Translations under genes and position numbers: made by a program
The notes under the pieces: generated by a model
The model's database searches: none
Seen by the model: only the letters and a program-made list of their open reading frames with translations
What the model was told of the DNA's origin: nothing
NCBI RefSeq assembly: GCF_964213995.1
Contig: NC_135813.1
Span: 72,912,001-72,976,000, forward strand
Direction: 5' to 3'
Length of the DNA stretch: 64,000 nt
Source of the DNA: Mustelus asterias
Lineage: Eukaryota
Part shown: positions 35,020 to 47,964 of the stretch, in pieces
Layout of the letters: the number at the start of each line of letters is the position of its first letter
How positions within the stretch are numbered: position 1 is the stretch's first letter

Positions 35020-35890
35020 TGGCTAAGTGAGTGGGCAAGGATCTGGCAGATGGAGTATAACATTGGTAAGTGTGAGGTTATCCACTTTGGAAGGAATAAT
35101 AGTAAAATGGACTATTATTTAAACGGTGAAAAATTACAACATGCTACTGTGCAGAGGGACCTGGGGGTCCTTGTGCATGAATCACAAAAACTCAGTTTGC
35201 AGATGCAGCAGGTAATCAAGAAGGCAAATCAAATGTTGGCCTTTATCGCGAGAGGGATGGAGTATAAAAGCAGGGAGGTCATGCTGCAACTGTACAGGGG
35301 ACTGGTGAGGCCGCACCTAGAGTACTGTGTACAATTTTGGTCCCCTTATTTAAGAAAGAATATATTAGCTTTGGAGGGGGTACAGAGAAGGTTCACCAGG
35401 CTGATTCCGGAGATGAGGGGGTTGGCTTATGAGGAGAGATTGAGCAGACTGGGCCTGTACTCATTGGAGTTTAGAAGGTTGAGGGGAGATCTTATAGAGA
35501 CATATAAGATAATGAAGGGGCTCGACAGGGTAGAAGCAGCGAGATTATTTCCACTTACAGTGGAGACAAGAACCAGGGGGCATAGCCTCAAAGTACGGGA
35601 GAGTCAATTTAGAACAGAGTTGAGGAGGAACTTCTTCTCCCAGAGGGTGGTGAATCTTTGGAATTCTCTGCCCAATGAAGCAGTAGAGGCTACCTCGTTA
35701 AATGTGTTTAAGTCACAGATAGATAGATTTTTAACCATTAAGGGAATTAAGGGTTATGGGGAGCAGGCGGGTAAATGGAACTGAACCCACTATCAGATCA
35801 GCCATGATCTTATTGAATGGCGGAGCAGGCTTGAGGGGCTAGATGGCCTACTTCTGCTCCTATTTCTTATGTTCTTATGTTCTTATGTTC
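35020..35890 (+). mobile_element. young 5'-truncated CR1 (open 244-codon ORF2 C-terminus)
   Basis: nearly the same sequence as the 3' part of 39414-40974; (TTCTTATG)3 tail. Confidence 0.92.
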
Positions 35891-35956
35891 TGTAGTAAAG
35901 GCTGGGGAGCTGGAAGATGCAAAGTCATGAGTAGCAGTTGGGTATATTTGGAGCAT

Positions 35957-36260
35957 GTGTGGGATTTTCCAGCCCCACTGCCCGTGGGATCTTTCAGCCA
36001 CTCCGTAGGTGACCCTTTGCTGGATTCCCTACTGGCAAGACAGACAAGCCATACAACATACCATAGACATTGGTGGGACATGTTTTCCTGCAGTGGAGAT
36101 TGCCCACCATTGGTTGCCAGTGGGATCATCCAGTCTCGCCAATGTCTATGACACTTTGCATGGCTCACCTGCCCTGCCACCGGGGAACCCGCCATGGGAA
36201 GGGTGGCCTTCGGAGGGACTGAAAGATCCCACTGGCAGGAAGAGCTGGAAAATCCTGCCC
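35957..36260. mobile_element. 304-bp Harbinger-like MITE with ~40-bp TIRs
   Basis: GGGATTTTCCAGC...GTGGGATCTTTCAG / CTGAAAGATCCCAC...GCTGGAAAATCC; TSD CAT (35954-35956, 36261-36263). Confidence 0.8.
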
Positions 36261-36283
36261 CATGATCTAGGATTAAAAACAAA

Positions 36284-36411
36284 AGGCAGGATTTTACGGC
36301 CTCACTCATCCCAAAACCATAAAATCGTGTCCAAGGTCAATGGACCTTTCCATGGTCGGACCCTCACCCACTCCGATTCCCATGACAGGCGGGGCAGTAA
36401 AATTGCGACCC
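36284..36411. mobile_element. 128-bp-family MITE
   Basis: GGTCAATGGACCTTTCCATGGTC core, GGATTTTAC / GTAAAATT ends. Confidence 0.75.
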
Positions 36412-37070
36412 AGTTGCAGAATTTTGGAACAGAAAAATGTTGGCACAAAAATAAGACAAAATGGTGACAACATGAAGTATGGTTTGATCGATATTTTATA
36501 ACAACTTACATTGGGAAACTGATTATTAATTGCTTTTCTCCTCGTTCAAAGTCAGTGATTCAGATGTAGCGTTAATAACAATTGCAGCTAATAGCATTCA
36601 CCATTATTATAGAGTAAACTAAACAGAAACTCCTGGCTCCACATATGTGCATTTAAACATGGAAATCTGGAAACAGGGATCTGTGTTTTCCTACTCTGAG
36701 ATGCTAGTGCTGTAGTCGTCCTCACCAATAGATTTGCCATTGGAACATGGGCAATGGCATGTACTTGGAGTAATTTTCCACTGAGGACATTATGAAAATT
36801 TAGGGTTGGTGCACTGAGGAGTAAGTGAACCTCTAACAGTGTGATAATTGATAATTAAAGCCAGACAAATTCTCTGGTCCTGAAAATTTAATTTTACAAA
36901 TATATGTCTCATTATTTCAGAAGTTGTTTGTATCTCTTTCTCCCTTAATTTCATCTCTCCTTCCAAACTTCTGGAAATTGTTTGGCTGCCGATTCATTGT
37001 TTTGCCTTTGTTAATACTGGAAGTGGGTGAGTTAGGGTCAAGCTTGGTAGTCTTAAAGTTTTAAGAAGAA

Positions 37071-37412
37071 GGGTGGCACAGTGGTTAGCACTGTTGCCTT
37101 ACAGCACCAGGGACCCAGGTTCAATTCCAGCCTTGGGTGACTGTGTGGAGTTTGCACATTCTCCCTGTGTCTGCGTGGGTTTCCTCCAGGTGCTCCAATT
37201 TCCTCCCACAGTCCAAAGATGTACAGGTTAAGTGGATTGGTCATGCTAAATTGCCCCTTAGTGTCCAAAGGTGTGTACGTTGGGGAAATAATGGGGTAAA
37301 TATGTGAAGTTACAGGGATAGGGCTTGGGTAAAATGCTCTGTCAGTGAGTTGGTGCAGACTTCATGAGTCAATTGGCCTTCTTCTGCACTGTGGGGATTC
37401 TATGATACTATG
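37071..37412 (+). mobile_element. HE1-type V-SINE
   Basis: A/B boxes, V-domain, tail. Confidence 0.9.
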
Positions 37413-38479
37413 ACAGCCAACCCTAGCCCTCCTGTTTTTGGATTCAGTCCAGTGGGTGTCTGTGAGGATCCCGTAATCTTATTTGTTGAAGATATTCACT
37501 ATTACTTGTCCTGCTCAAAGATACAAAAGTCCATTTTAAAATGGCTAACAAAAAGAATAAAGTTTCAATGTCCTCAGCTTTGATTTATTTTCATGTCTCA
37601 TTGACATGACAGGGGAAAAGGAAACCCTGTATTGTCTATGCACCCTATCCAATGGAGAATGTAGAAATTCCTCCAACGTGGACACACCCTAGTTATTAGT
37701 TTTTCTTCACATTCCTTTCTAGGTGGGAACCTCGTTATTTCATGGGCAAGGGGCATGGAAAATCGGGATATTAGATCTCGCCAGCGAGCATCTTGTTTAC
37801 CGACTCTGGCGAGATTTTGGGCCCTTTCCGCTGTTTAAGCTGATGGCTAACGCGGACTCAAAATTGCCCCCAGTATTGATGATTTGACTGGTATTCTAAA
37901 CACTTCTTCCTGCTTCCTGATTGTGTGAACAAAATGGCATCCCGGTATGAACAGAACCAAAGGAAACCATGTCGGCTGAAGAATGGAAAATTAAATGCCT
38001 CAGATGTTTTTTATATCAGTATTTTTCTGGAGACAGCAAAAGTCAGGCATAGTTTTATATAAATTATACATTGAAAACACTGGATGCAGATAATGGCAAT
38101 TTCCATAAAACATTCAATTCCTTTTACAATGCATTCCTTTCTTGAAGTCTCATGTTGATGCCACATTGTTATATTTGAATAATGTATTGATATTCATGTT
38201 TGCTTCAGCTTTCTTTATGGCCTTCAGGTGATGCTATTAACATGTCAACTGTTCGAACAAGAATAATTGTTTTGAGCGTGCCACATATGAACTACATAAG
38301 ACAATTGAGTCTTTAAAAAAAAATTACTCCATTCTTAAAGTTACAAAGCCAATGCGCAGAGTGGACTGGGCAAGCCTTTAGCCCATCTCCTTGCTTGCTC
38401 CAAAAACCAATTCAAATTGAATCCAATTCACAGTCCCCACAAGAGAGACATACTGGATCACAGCTGACAGGAAAAGATC

Positions 38480-38850
38480 TTAGAACCATAGATTCACACA
38501 GTGCAGAAGAAACCCTTCGGCCCATCGAATCTGCGCCGACACGTCTGACCTCCCACATAATCCCATCTTGGCCTAAAGCCTTGAATGTTATGATGTGCCA
38601 ACTGCTCATCCAAGTACTTTTTAAAAGTATGTGAGACAATCTGTCTCTACCACCCCCCCAGGCAGCACATTCCAGATCGTCATGACTCTCTGGGTGAAAA
38701 TGTTTTTCCTCACATCCCCACTAAACCTCCAGCCCCTCACCTTGAACCTATGCCCCCTTGTAACTGACCCTTCAACTAAGGGGAACAGCTGCTCTCTATC
38801 CATTCTGCCCATGCCCTTCAAAATCTTGCACAGCTCAATCAGATCAACCT
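38480..38850 (-). mobile_element. 5'-truncated CR1 fragment
   Basis: DLIELCKILKGMGRMDREQLFP...TRGHRFK. Confidence 0.85.
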
Positions 38851-38866
38851 TGGGCTTGATCTGATG

Positions 38867-38897
38867 CTTGATCTTAGCCGAAAGGCTAAGAAGCAAT
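38867..38897 (-). pseudogene. U2 snRNA 5' fragment (nt 1-31) fused to the 5' end of the CR1 fragment
   Basis: ATTGCTTCTTAGCCTTTCGGCTAAGATCAAG versus vertebrate U2 ATCGCTTCTCGGCCTTTTGGCTAAGATCAAG: 27/31, three differences at CpGs. Confidence 0.8.
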
Positions 38898-39413
38898 CAA
38901 ATGATGATTCAAATTAGGCTGTTAATAGGCATTTTGATATGAACATTGATATCAGTCGGTTGCCACTTAGTCTAATTGCACTTTCTGTTTAAAAACGGCT
39001 CTGATGCCCAAGTCTCTCAGGAGGAGAATTCAGATAATTGCACTGAAATCTAATTAATACTTCCACCAGTGGGAGAAGCCAATGCTTCATATCCTCTTCC
39101 AGGCTCAAGACTGTGGTCTTGTCAGCCAGCGCATTTACTTGGTGGCTGCAGCACTGTGATAAGATTGGGTAGCCATTGGCATTCCCAACATGAAATAGCA
39201 GCAGAGGTGCAGTTAAAGCAGCCCATCACATTAAAGGGTTTTCATAACTCGGGGAATGAAAGGCAGTGAAATAAAATCATTTAAAAAACTTCCCATGGAA
39301 CAAAGTAAAGATAGGGACAGACGGCTGGGATGAAGGTAGAAGATAAATAATTTTGAAAAAGAAACATTTAAAAATGATTCTAAAAGAAGTTTAGAAAGAT
39401 TTGTTAACCATTT

Positions 39414-40974
39414 AAGAACATAAGAACATAGGAAATAGGAGCAGGAGTAGGCCATCAACCCCCTCGAGCCTGCCCCGCCATTCAATAAGATCATGGCTGA
39501 TCTGATAGTGGTTTAGTTCCACTTACCCGCCCGCTCCCCATAACCCTTAATTCCCTTATTGATCAGAAATTTTTCTACCTGTGACTTAAACATATTTAAT
39601 GAGGTAGCCTCCACTGCTTCAATGGGCAGAGAATTCCAGAGATTCACTACCCTCTGAGAGAAGAAGTTCCTCCTCAACTCTGTTCTAAACCGACTCCCCC
39701 TTATTTTGAGGCTGTGTCCTCTAGTTCTTGTTTCCTTTCTAAGTGGAAAGAATCTCTCTGCCTCTACCCTGTCTAGCCCCTTCATTATCTTATATGTCTC
39801 TATAAGATCTCCCCTCAGCCTTCTAAACTCCAACGAGTAGAGGCCCAATCTACTCAATCTCTCCTCATAAGCTGACCCCCTCATCTCCGGTATCAACCTG
39901 GTGAACCTTCTCTGTACTCCCTCCAAGGCCAATGTATCCTTTCGCAAATAAGGGGACCAAAATTGCACACAGTACTCTAGTTGCGGCCTCACCAGTGCCT
40001 TGTACAATTGCAGCAAGACCTCCCTGCTTTTATACTCCATCCCCTTCGCGATAAAGGCCAACATTCCATTTGCCTTCTTGATCACCTGCTGCACCTGCAA
40101 ACTGAGTTTTTGCGATTCATGCACAAGGACCCCCAGGTCCCTCTGCACAGTAGCATGTTGTAATTTTTCACCATTTAAATCATAGTCCATTTTACTATTA
40201 TTCCTTCCAAAGTGGATAACCTCACACTTGTCAACGTTATACTCCATCTGCCAGATCCTCGCCCACTCACTTAGCCTATCCAAATCTCTCTGCAGACTTT
40301 CCGCATCCTCCACGCAATTCGCTTTCCCACTCATCTTTGTGTCATCTGCAAACTTTGTTACCCTACACTCGGTCCCCTCCTCCAGATCGTCTATGTATAT
40401 GGTAAACAGTTGAGGCCCCAGCACCGATCCCTGCGGCACGCCACTAGTCACCAACTGCCAACCAGAAAAGCACCCATTTATTCCAACTCTCTGCTTCCTG
40501 TTAGATAGCCAATCCTCAATCCACGCTAACACTTTACCCCCAACTCCGTGTACCTTAATCTTCTGCAGCAACCTTTTGTGAGGCACCTTATCGAACGCCT
40601 TCTGGAAATCTAAAAACACCACATCCACCGGTTCCCCTCTGTCAACTGCACTCGTTACATCTTCATAAAAATCCAGTAAGTTCGTCAAACACGACTTTCC
40701 CTTCATGAATCCATGCTGCGTCTGCTTGATCGAACCAATTTTTTCCAGGTGTCCTGCTATTTCTTCTTTAATGATGGATTCCAGCAATTTCCCAACTACG
40801 GACGTTAAGCTAACCGGCCTGTAGTTACCCGCCTTTTGTCTACCTCCTTTTTTAAACAGTGGCGTCACATTAGCTGTTTTCCAATCAGCCGGCACTTCCC
40901 CAGAGTGCAGCGAATTTTGATAAATTCAATCAACGCATCTGCTATTACTTCTGCCATTTCTTTCAGTACCCTGA
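39414..40974 (-). mobile_element. young 5'-truncated CR1 with an uninterrupted RT domain (ORF 39513-40895)
   Basis: YRPVSLTS, DFQKAFDKV, GVPQGSVLGP, FADD; AAGAACAT duplicated at 39414-39421 and 40975-40982. Confidence 0.93.
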
Positions 40975-41106
40975 AAGAACATGGCATTTAACAGTACGCC
41001 ACGAATATAAAAGTATTTTAATTAGTTATTTTAACTAGTTTTGTTGTTCAGCAAATTTTGTTATATCTATTGCTATTAAAAACCCAGTCACACCTGACAG
41101 AATAAG

Positions 41107-41466
41107 GCAGCGGCATGGTGCCACAGTGGTTAGCACCGCTGCCTCACAGCGACAGGGACCCAGGTTCAATTGCAGCCTCAGGTGACTATCCATGTGGAGT
41201 TTGCTCATTCTCCTCGTGTCTGCGTGGGTTTCCTCCGGGTGCTCCGGTTTTCTCCCACGCTCCAAAGATGTGCAGGTTAGGTGGATTGGCCATGATAAAT
41301 TGCCCCTTAGTGTCCCAAGATGTGTAGGTTAGGTTGATTGTCCATGGTAAATTGCCCCACAGTGTCAGGGGGGATTAGCAGGGTAAATATGTGAGGTTAC
41401 AGGGTTGGGTGTGGGTGGGATTGTGCTCGATGGGCTGAATGGCCTTCCTCTGTAGGGATTTTATGA
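41107..41466 (+). mobile_element. HE1-type V-SINE with an internal duplication
   Basis: A/B boxes, V-domain, duplicated AAGATGTG-AGGTTAGGT-GATTG-CCATG-TAAATTGCCCC unit. Confidence 0.9.
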
Positions 41467-42964
41467 AGGTATAACTTTTCATGAGGTTTCCAATGGTGAT
41501 GTGGGGCCAGAAAAGTTCATGCTCTCAGTGATTTCAGTGATTGCTGGATCTGTGAGGTTTCAAGGCACAGCCTGTATTGGAGTCCTGAGTGATAGACTGC
41601 CATTTCCGGATTTGCCCGCTAATCTGCACACGCCTGGGATCCTGAAGTTGTGCTTAGTTTCGGAGGGGTAATGATAGTGCACTGTCAGTGCCCGCCTCAC
41701 CCATGACCGCTGCCAAACCAAACCAACCCCTGCAAAAATCCAGGCCAACGCTAAAATATCAATGATTGCCTATTGGAACATTATATTGATCAGTGAGCCA
41801 GTAAACAATGCAATCCAAAGAGATGGTTTATCAGAGATTTGTAATGCAGAATTGCTAATTGTAACATCGTGTGTGACTTCATTTAATTTTCACAAACACA
41901 TTCTACCACAGATTCTAACCAGTCCAGCACCATTTAAGATATTTCCTTTCAAAAGGAAAATGGGGATATGGTTGAGTAAAATAAGTTTAAGCCTTCCTGC
42001 CTTTGTTTGACCTTTCAACTGTTTAACATCTGAACCAGTAATCCATTGGTTACCCAGCCAAGACACAACAAACAAAACATCAAAGTGATTCCTGAAGACT
42101 TGCCTTGTTATAATGGATGTCCTCTTCAAACCTGAAATGACACGAATACATTTATCAGTGATAACATGAGCACTTGGACATAAGGCCAGGAAAGCGGGAA
42201 AGGTTTTTGTATTCAAGATAGATCTTTATGTAGTATTGCATATGATGACTTAATTCTGAACGGTATTTATGTTCTCTCCAGTTTTGTGGCAATGTGATTC
42301 TAATAAAATAGCATTCAGTCTGAATGGACATTATGCATTTTGCTCCCTTGGTTACTGATCAAATCCTTCAACAGCTGAAATATTTCCTTAATTTTTACCT
42401 GGTGAACAATGGTGCCTTTTCTTTAAGCAGTGTCAGGGACCGTATCCAGAAGGAATCCTCTTTCTCAGGCTGAAGAACTATGATGAAAGGGCCTCCGATG
42501 CTTAGTAAATAATCTCATTACGTAAGGAATTCAGTCATTTCTAAAGAAGATGAATGTGCGTGTTTTTTCTCCTTACTGTGATTTTATACAGATATAGTGC
42601 TGAGGCCACTAAAGATTAAAGCTTTTCTGTACTGCGTCTGCATTGCTGGTTTGTATCAAGACAAAAAGTTATCCATTGAAAAATTAGGGTAAAGAAGGTA
42701 ATCATTCCTGAGGCTGCTTCCTATTGCCCTGGTTTTATATGTGATATTAAATTATTCTGAATGTTGGTCAGTTTACTAGCTGTGAATAGTTCAGTGGGTG
42801 ACATTTTAATCTACATCTTATAAATGATGCTTGTAACCTTCATAGTCCAGAGAAAAGATCCTAGTCTTTCCAAAAACTGTGAAGAAAGCAACCTGTAATG
42901 GATTGTAAATAAATTAAGTTAAAATAAGAACAGAAATAGATGATTCAAGATCTTTTAGTAGGTT

Positions 42965-43272
42965 TAGTGGTTAGCACTGCTGCCTCACAGCGCCAGGGAC
43001 CCGGGTTCAATTCCCGGCTTGGGTCACTGTCTGTGTGGGTTTCCCTGTGTCTGCGTGGGTTTCCTCCGGGTGCTCCGATTTCCTCCCACAATCTGAAAGA
43101 CATGCTGGTTAGGTGCATTGGCCATGCTAAATTTCCCCTCAGTGTACCCGAACAGGCGCCGGAGTGTGATGACTAGGCGATTTTCACGGTAATTTCATTG
43201 CAGTGTTAATGTAAGCCTACTTCTGACATCAATAAATAAACTTTAAAATAATAAACTTTAACCTTTAAACCT
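42965..43272 (+). mobile_element. HE1-derived SINE with Rex1-like tail
   Basis: HE1 head, tail ending AATAAATAAAC(TTTAAAC)n. Confidence 0.85.
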
Positions 43273-43589
43273 TAGATCTTTTAGAATACAATCTTGTCAT
43301 CCTTTCTCTCTCTCTTTCATTTAATTATTTGGTGCGAATGCATTTTTATGGCTTACATCAATTTTTACATTGAAACATGACTTCTTGGCTTCCTAGTGTT
43401 CATGACTTAAAGGCTGTTGTAATAAAATGTCATATGAAAGCCTAAAGTGCTTGAAATATTCGACATATCTGGCAGCATCCATAGAGAGAGAGAAAAGCAG
43501 TTTGTTTCTGATTGATGACGTTTCGTCAGAACTGATGAAAGGATGATAGAAAGTTGGAACTCTCCCACGCCAAGCAGCTGGGCCTTGTT

Positions 43590-43752
43590 CAATTCCTAAA
43601 TCTGAGACCGATAGATTGTTATTAATAAAAGGTATTAAAAGGATATGGGGCTAAGGTGGGTATATGGAATTAGATCATAGATCAGCCATGATCTCTTTGA
43701 AAGGTGGAGCAGACTTGAAGGAATAAGTGGCCCACTACTGTTCCTATATGTA
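43590..43752 (+). mobile_element. CR1 3' end fragment
   Basis: GATAGATT...GGATATGGG...GATCAGCCATGATCT 3'UTR. Confidence 0.7.
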
Positions 43753-44086
43753 TTTCGATGCCAAGAGGTATCTGTTGACTAACAAAACCCTTTTTTTTTT
43801 CTCCCCTATTCTGGAACAAGGAACCGATTATGTGCGGCTTCAAAGCTATGATGCAAAGTCTTATTCCTCTAATGCTTTAAAAATAAATGTTTCTCAATCC
43901 TTTTCCCTTTACTGGATCATTTGAATTCTGTCTTGATCGCAGTCCCAAAATTCTTCAGCCCCAAAGATTCATTATTCTTTCATTTTGACGGAGTCCTTTT
44001 CCTCTTCTGTCATTTGCCTGAGGTTAAAGTTTGCACTAGGACATGTTTGTCTCATGTCTCTAAACATTTTGTTCTTTGCACACTAT

Positions 44087-44214
44087 GGCCGGAATTTTAC
44101 CGGCACGCCCGCCCCGATTCCGGGTGCGGGTGAGGCTCGGAGAATGGCATTCTCCGTTGGCCTCGGGCGGCATTCATACGAACCTCAAGCTGACATGCAG
44201 GTAAAATTCCGCCC
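44087..44214. mobile_element. 128-bp Harbinger-like MITE A
   Basis: TIRs GGCCGGAATTTTACC / GGTAAAATTCCGCCC; TAT on both sides. Confidence 0.85.
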
Positions 44215-44217
44215 TAT

Positions 44218-44344
44218 GGATGGGATTTTCCGGCTGCGCTCGCTCCAAAGCCAGAAAATCACGCCCAGGGTCAACGGACCTTTGCATGGTCCATGTCCCG
44301 CCTGCTAACATTCCCATGGCGGGTGGGATGGAAAAATTCTGTCC
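44218..44344. mobile_element. 127-bp Harbinger-like MITE B
   Basis: TIRs GGATGGGATTTTCC / GAAAAATTCTGTCC; TAT on both sides. Confidence 0.8.
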
Positions 44345-44589
44345 TATGATTCCAACAAATTATTCAATATCATGAAGGGGTTCAAATATAAATGGACATA
44401 GATTTGTAAATTATGATGTTGGGCATAAGAAGGCCAGTTGGACAAAACTTTCCCACCAATCACAATAAATGTGCAGAATAAATTACTGACATAAGATAGT
44501 TCAAGTTGACATGATAAGCAACTGCCAGGGTTCTTTGGATGTGCTTTCCACTGTAAAGAGTAAAAAGATGGAGAAATGGAAGGTAAAGG

Positions 44590-44965
44590 GGAGATGGTGG
44601 TGCAGTGGTATTGTCACTGGACTAGTAATCCAGAGACCCAGGGTAATGCACTGTTGACACTGGTTCGAATCCCACCACAGCAGATGCTGAAATTTGAATT
44701 CAATAAAAAATTTGGAATTCAATGTCCAATGATGACCGTGATACCATTGCTGATTGTCATAAAGACCCATCTGGTTCACTAATGTCCTTTAGGGAAGGCA
44801 TCTGCCATCCTTACCTGCTCTGGCCTACATATGAATCCAGACCCATAGCAATGGGGTTGACACTTAAAAGGCCTCTGAAGTGGCAAAGCAGGCTACTTAA
44901 ATCAAGGGCACTTACGGATGGGCAAAGAAGTGCTGACCCAGCCAGCAATGTCCACATTTCGTGAA
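44590..44965 (+). mobile_element. tRNA-derived SINE, second family
   Basis: box B GGTTCGAATCC; homologous to 18468-18766. Confidence 0.78.
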
Positions 44966-45799
44966 GAAAAGAAATGTACCAAATCTGTCAAGAGACTTAT
45001 TAAGCCCATTTTTTCTTCTTGTTTCTCTAAAAGTTTGCATTCATCTGCCTTGTAATTCCTTCCTGTGATATTACTCAAATTGTTTAAAATGTTTTTCAGA
45101 ACAATTTCAAGTTATCTATCAAGTTTACCTATCGAAATTGGCTGATCTTACATTGAATTGGTACTATCTGTGTCAACAGGGTTAGCAAACGGCATAAAAG
45201 GTGTTTGTATCTGTAAAATATTCCATAAATAAACAGGACATTCCATCACGTGCAGAGCTCAAATGTTGCTTGGTTATATCGAGCATATAACATCCCAAAT
45301 ATATAGGAGGTAACCCAATATGATGCATAGAAACCAGACTGTGTCAGGATTATGAGGAATTGTGAGTTTTCTCCCCAGATACTGTGTATTTACATGGTGC
45401 AAACCTTATAAACCCAGTATTATTTTGATGAAATAGATAGGTATGGAGTGAATGAGAAGATTTATCATCCAATACATTTACAAATAGTCATGGGAGCTGG
45501 TGCAAGGGCAAAAGGCTTTATCATTATTTAGATCTATGTGTTTTCTGAGGCTATGAATAACTATCCCCCAATAGTTTTGGAAAAGCTTGTAAAATACAGA
45601 AAATCTCACTGTGAATAAAGATCAGTCAGCTTTAAAAAGGTATTTTAATAAGGGAATAGAAGTTTCATCGTGAGAATTTGACCTGCTGTCTCAAGACTAT
45701 TAATAAGGCAATTTGTCCTGTGGTTTATTCAGATATACATTGAGTGTTCAGCAATGTTTAAACAAGAGTTCAGGATTCATTTTACAGAATACCATGTCG

Positions 45800-46146
45800 T
45801 GGATGTGGACATGGAGAGGATGTTTCCACTAGTGGGAGAGACTAGAACGTGAGGGCACAACCTCAGAGTGAAGGGACCCTCCTTTAAAACTGAGACGAGG
45901 AGGAATTTCTTCAGCCAGAGGGTGGTGAATCTGTGGAACTCATTGTCACAGAGGGCTGTGGAGGCCAGGTCATTGAGTGCCTTTAAGTCAGAGATAGATA
46001 GGTTCTTGATCAATGAGGAGATCAAGAGTTATGGGGAGAAGGCAGGAGAATGAGGATGAGAATCACATCAGCCATGATTGAATGGTGGAGCAGATGGGCC
46101 GAAGGCCTAATTCTGCTCCTATATCTTATGGTCCTATGGTCTTATG
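45800..46146 (+). mobile_element. CR1 3' fragment
   Basis: FKTETRRNFFSQRVVNLWNSL; TCTTATG tail. Confidence 0.88.
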
Positions 46147-46367
46147 TCAGCCTGCAGTTATTCTTATGTATTCAGAAATAGCCAATCAAGATGTCTTTTC
46201 CCAGCATTGGTGTTGATCTACAATCAATTATGAGCTTAGTGTAAATAAAAATAGTTAGTCACAGTGTAAAATGCAATCTACAGGCCTGATAGTTTTCTTT
46301 GAATTTAAAAATGAAGGAACAATCCCGTATCCATGCCAGATCAGTCGTAGTTAGAAAGTGTCCCACT

Positions 46368-47221
46368 GGGCAGAATATTGTGCCCACCCCCACAACACAT
46401 TTGGTGGCGGGAAGACATTTAATCAGGAAGAAGGGTGGCAGGTGAGGAACCAGCTTCCCGTCTCCACCTGATTGAGTCCATGATGAGAAGGCCTGTCCCA
46501 CCCTGCAATTGAGGTCCTTAAGGGGGCAATTAATGCTGGTATTACCCCAGCGGTATTACCCCTCGCCATGCATGGAGCACGACAAGCAAATCTGTGTGGG
46601 TTGCTGTGGGCCCCCAGGATGGTCCGCCATTCAAAAGCACTCAGTGCCTAGTTGAGGGAACTGGCATCAGGAAAGGGGTCCAGCTGAGAACCACTCGCCC
46701 TGACCTTGCTGCCGACACCCCTCCCCCTCTCATAGAATCATAGTATCATAGAATCCTACAGTGCAGAAGAAGCCCATTTGGCCCATCAAGTCTGCACTGA
46801 CCACAATCCCACCCCTATCCCCATAACCCCATGCAATTACCTTAGCTAATCCCCCTGACACCAAGGGGTAATATACCATGGCCAATCAACCTAACCCGCA
46901 CATCTTTGGACTGGGGGAGGAAACCGGAGCACCTGGAAGAAACCCACGCAGACACGGGGAGAACGTGCAAACTCCGCACAGACAGTGACCCGAGCCGGGA
47001 ATCGAGCCCGGGACCCTGGCGCTGTGAGGCAACAGTGCTAACCACTATGCCACCGTGCTGCCTGTCAGCCATGAACCCCACCTCACAACTGCCCCCTGCC
47101 ACCATCACTGATCTCTATCCAGGCGGGTGAGTGTTCTGTCGGCAGCACCAACTGCTTCACTAGTGGGGTTGTCAGCCAATGGAGCTGCGGTCCTCTGATT
47201 GGCCTCAACAAGATTCCAGCC
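46368..47221. mobile_element. decayed Harbinger-like element interrupted by a SINE
   Basis: GGGCAGAATATT ... AAGATTCCAGCC ends. Confidence 0.45.
46730..47061 (-). mobile_element. HE1-type V-SINE
   Basis: A/B boxes, V-domain, tail. Confidence 0.9.
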
Positions 47222-47964
47222 AGTGCTCCCCCTGCTCTCCACACATTCTCAAGCATAGTGAAAATAAGGAATTGTTGACCTTCTAATCATGATGAACCTC
47301 CCAGCCCATATTTTTATCCGTATATAACCATATCTGACTGCATGCTACCAACAGTTGTAGCATATTGCTTGATGAAGCTTTAGATAGCTGTAGAAATTGA
47401 CATTGTGTTAAATCTAAAGACAATCTGCTGTTTCTCATTTTAAAAGTATCATATAAAAAAGCTAAAGTTACCGTGGTATGGCTCAACAAGTTGTGCCTAT
47501 GGGTTAAATCAAGTTAATCAACATGCTTCACATTGCATTTACACCACAGACACCAATGTACATTTATGAACTGCCTTTAATGCAGAAAAACATCCAAAAA
47601 TACTTTACGGTCAAGGGGATAAATCGGATTTTAGGTTGAAGAAGGGGAGTTTGTGAGGAGGTGACTGCAAGTTTAGACAAAGAAGAGCCTTTTAAGGCAA
47701 AAGCAGTGTAGAGCTTTAAGGAGGCAACTTGCTAGGATTAGGTCAAGGCAGTCGAAGCCAAAGATGGGACACTGCGAGGGAGGGATGCACAATAGACTAG
47801 GGTCAAGGAACACTGAGTTCCTTTGGGAAGGAATGGATGACTGTGAGAGAGGCCTATAAAGATAAAGGTGGATGAGGTCCCAGAGGCGATGCATTGGGGG
47901 AGCTGGAAACCAGTGTAGGTCAGTAATAATGGCAGGCCAGCGGGCTTTAGTGTGAAGGAAGATA

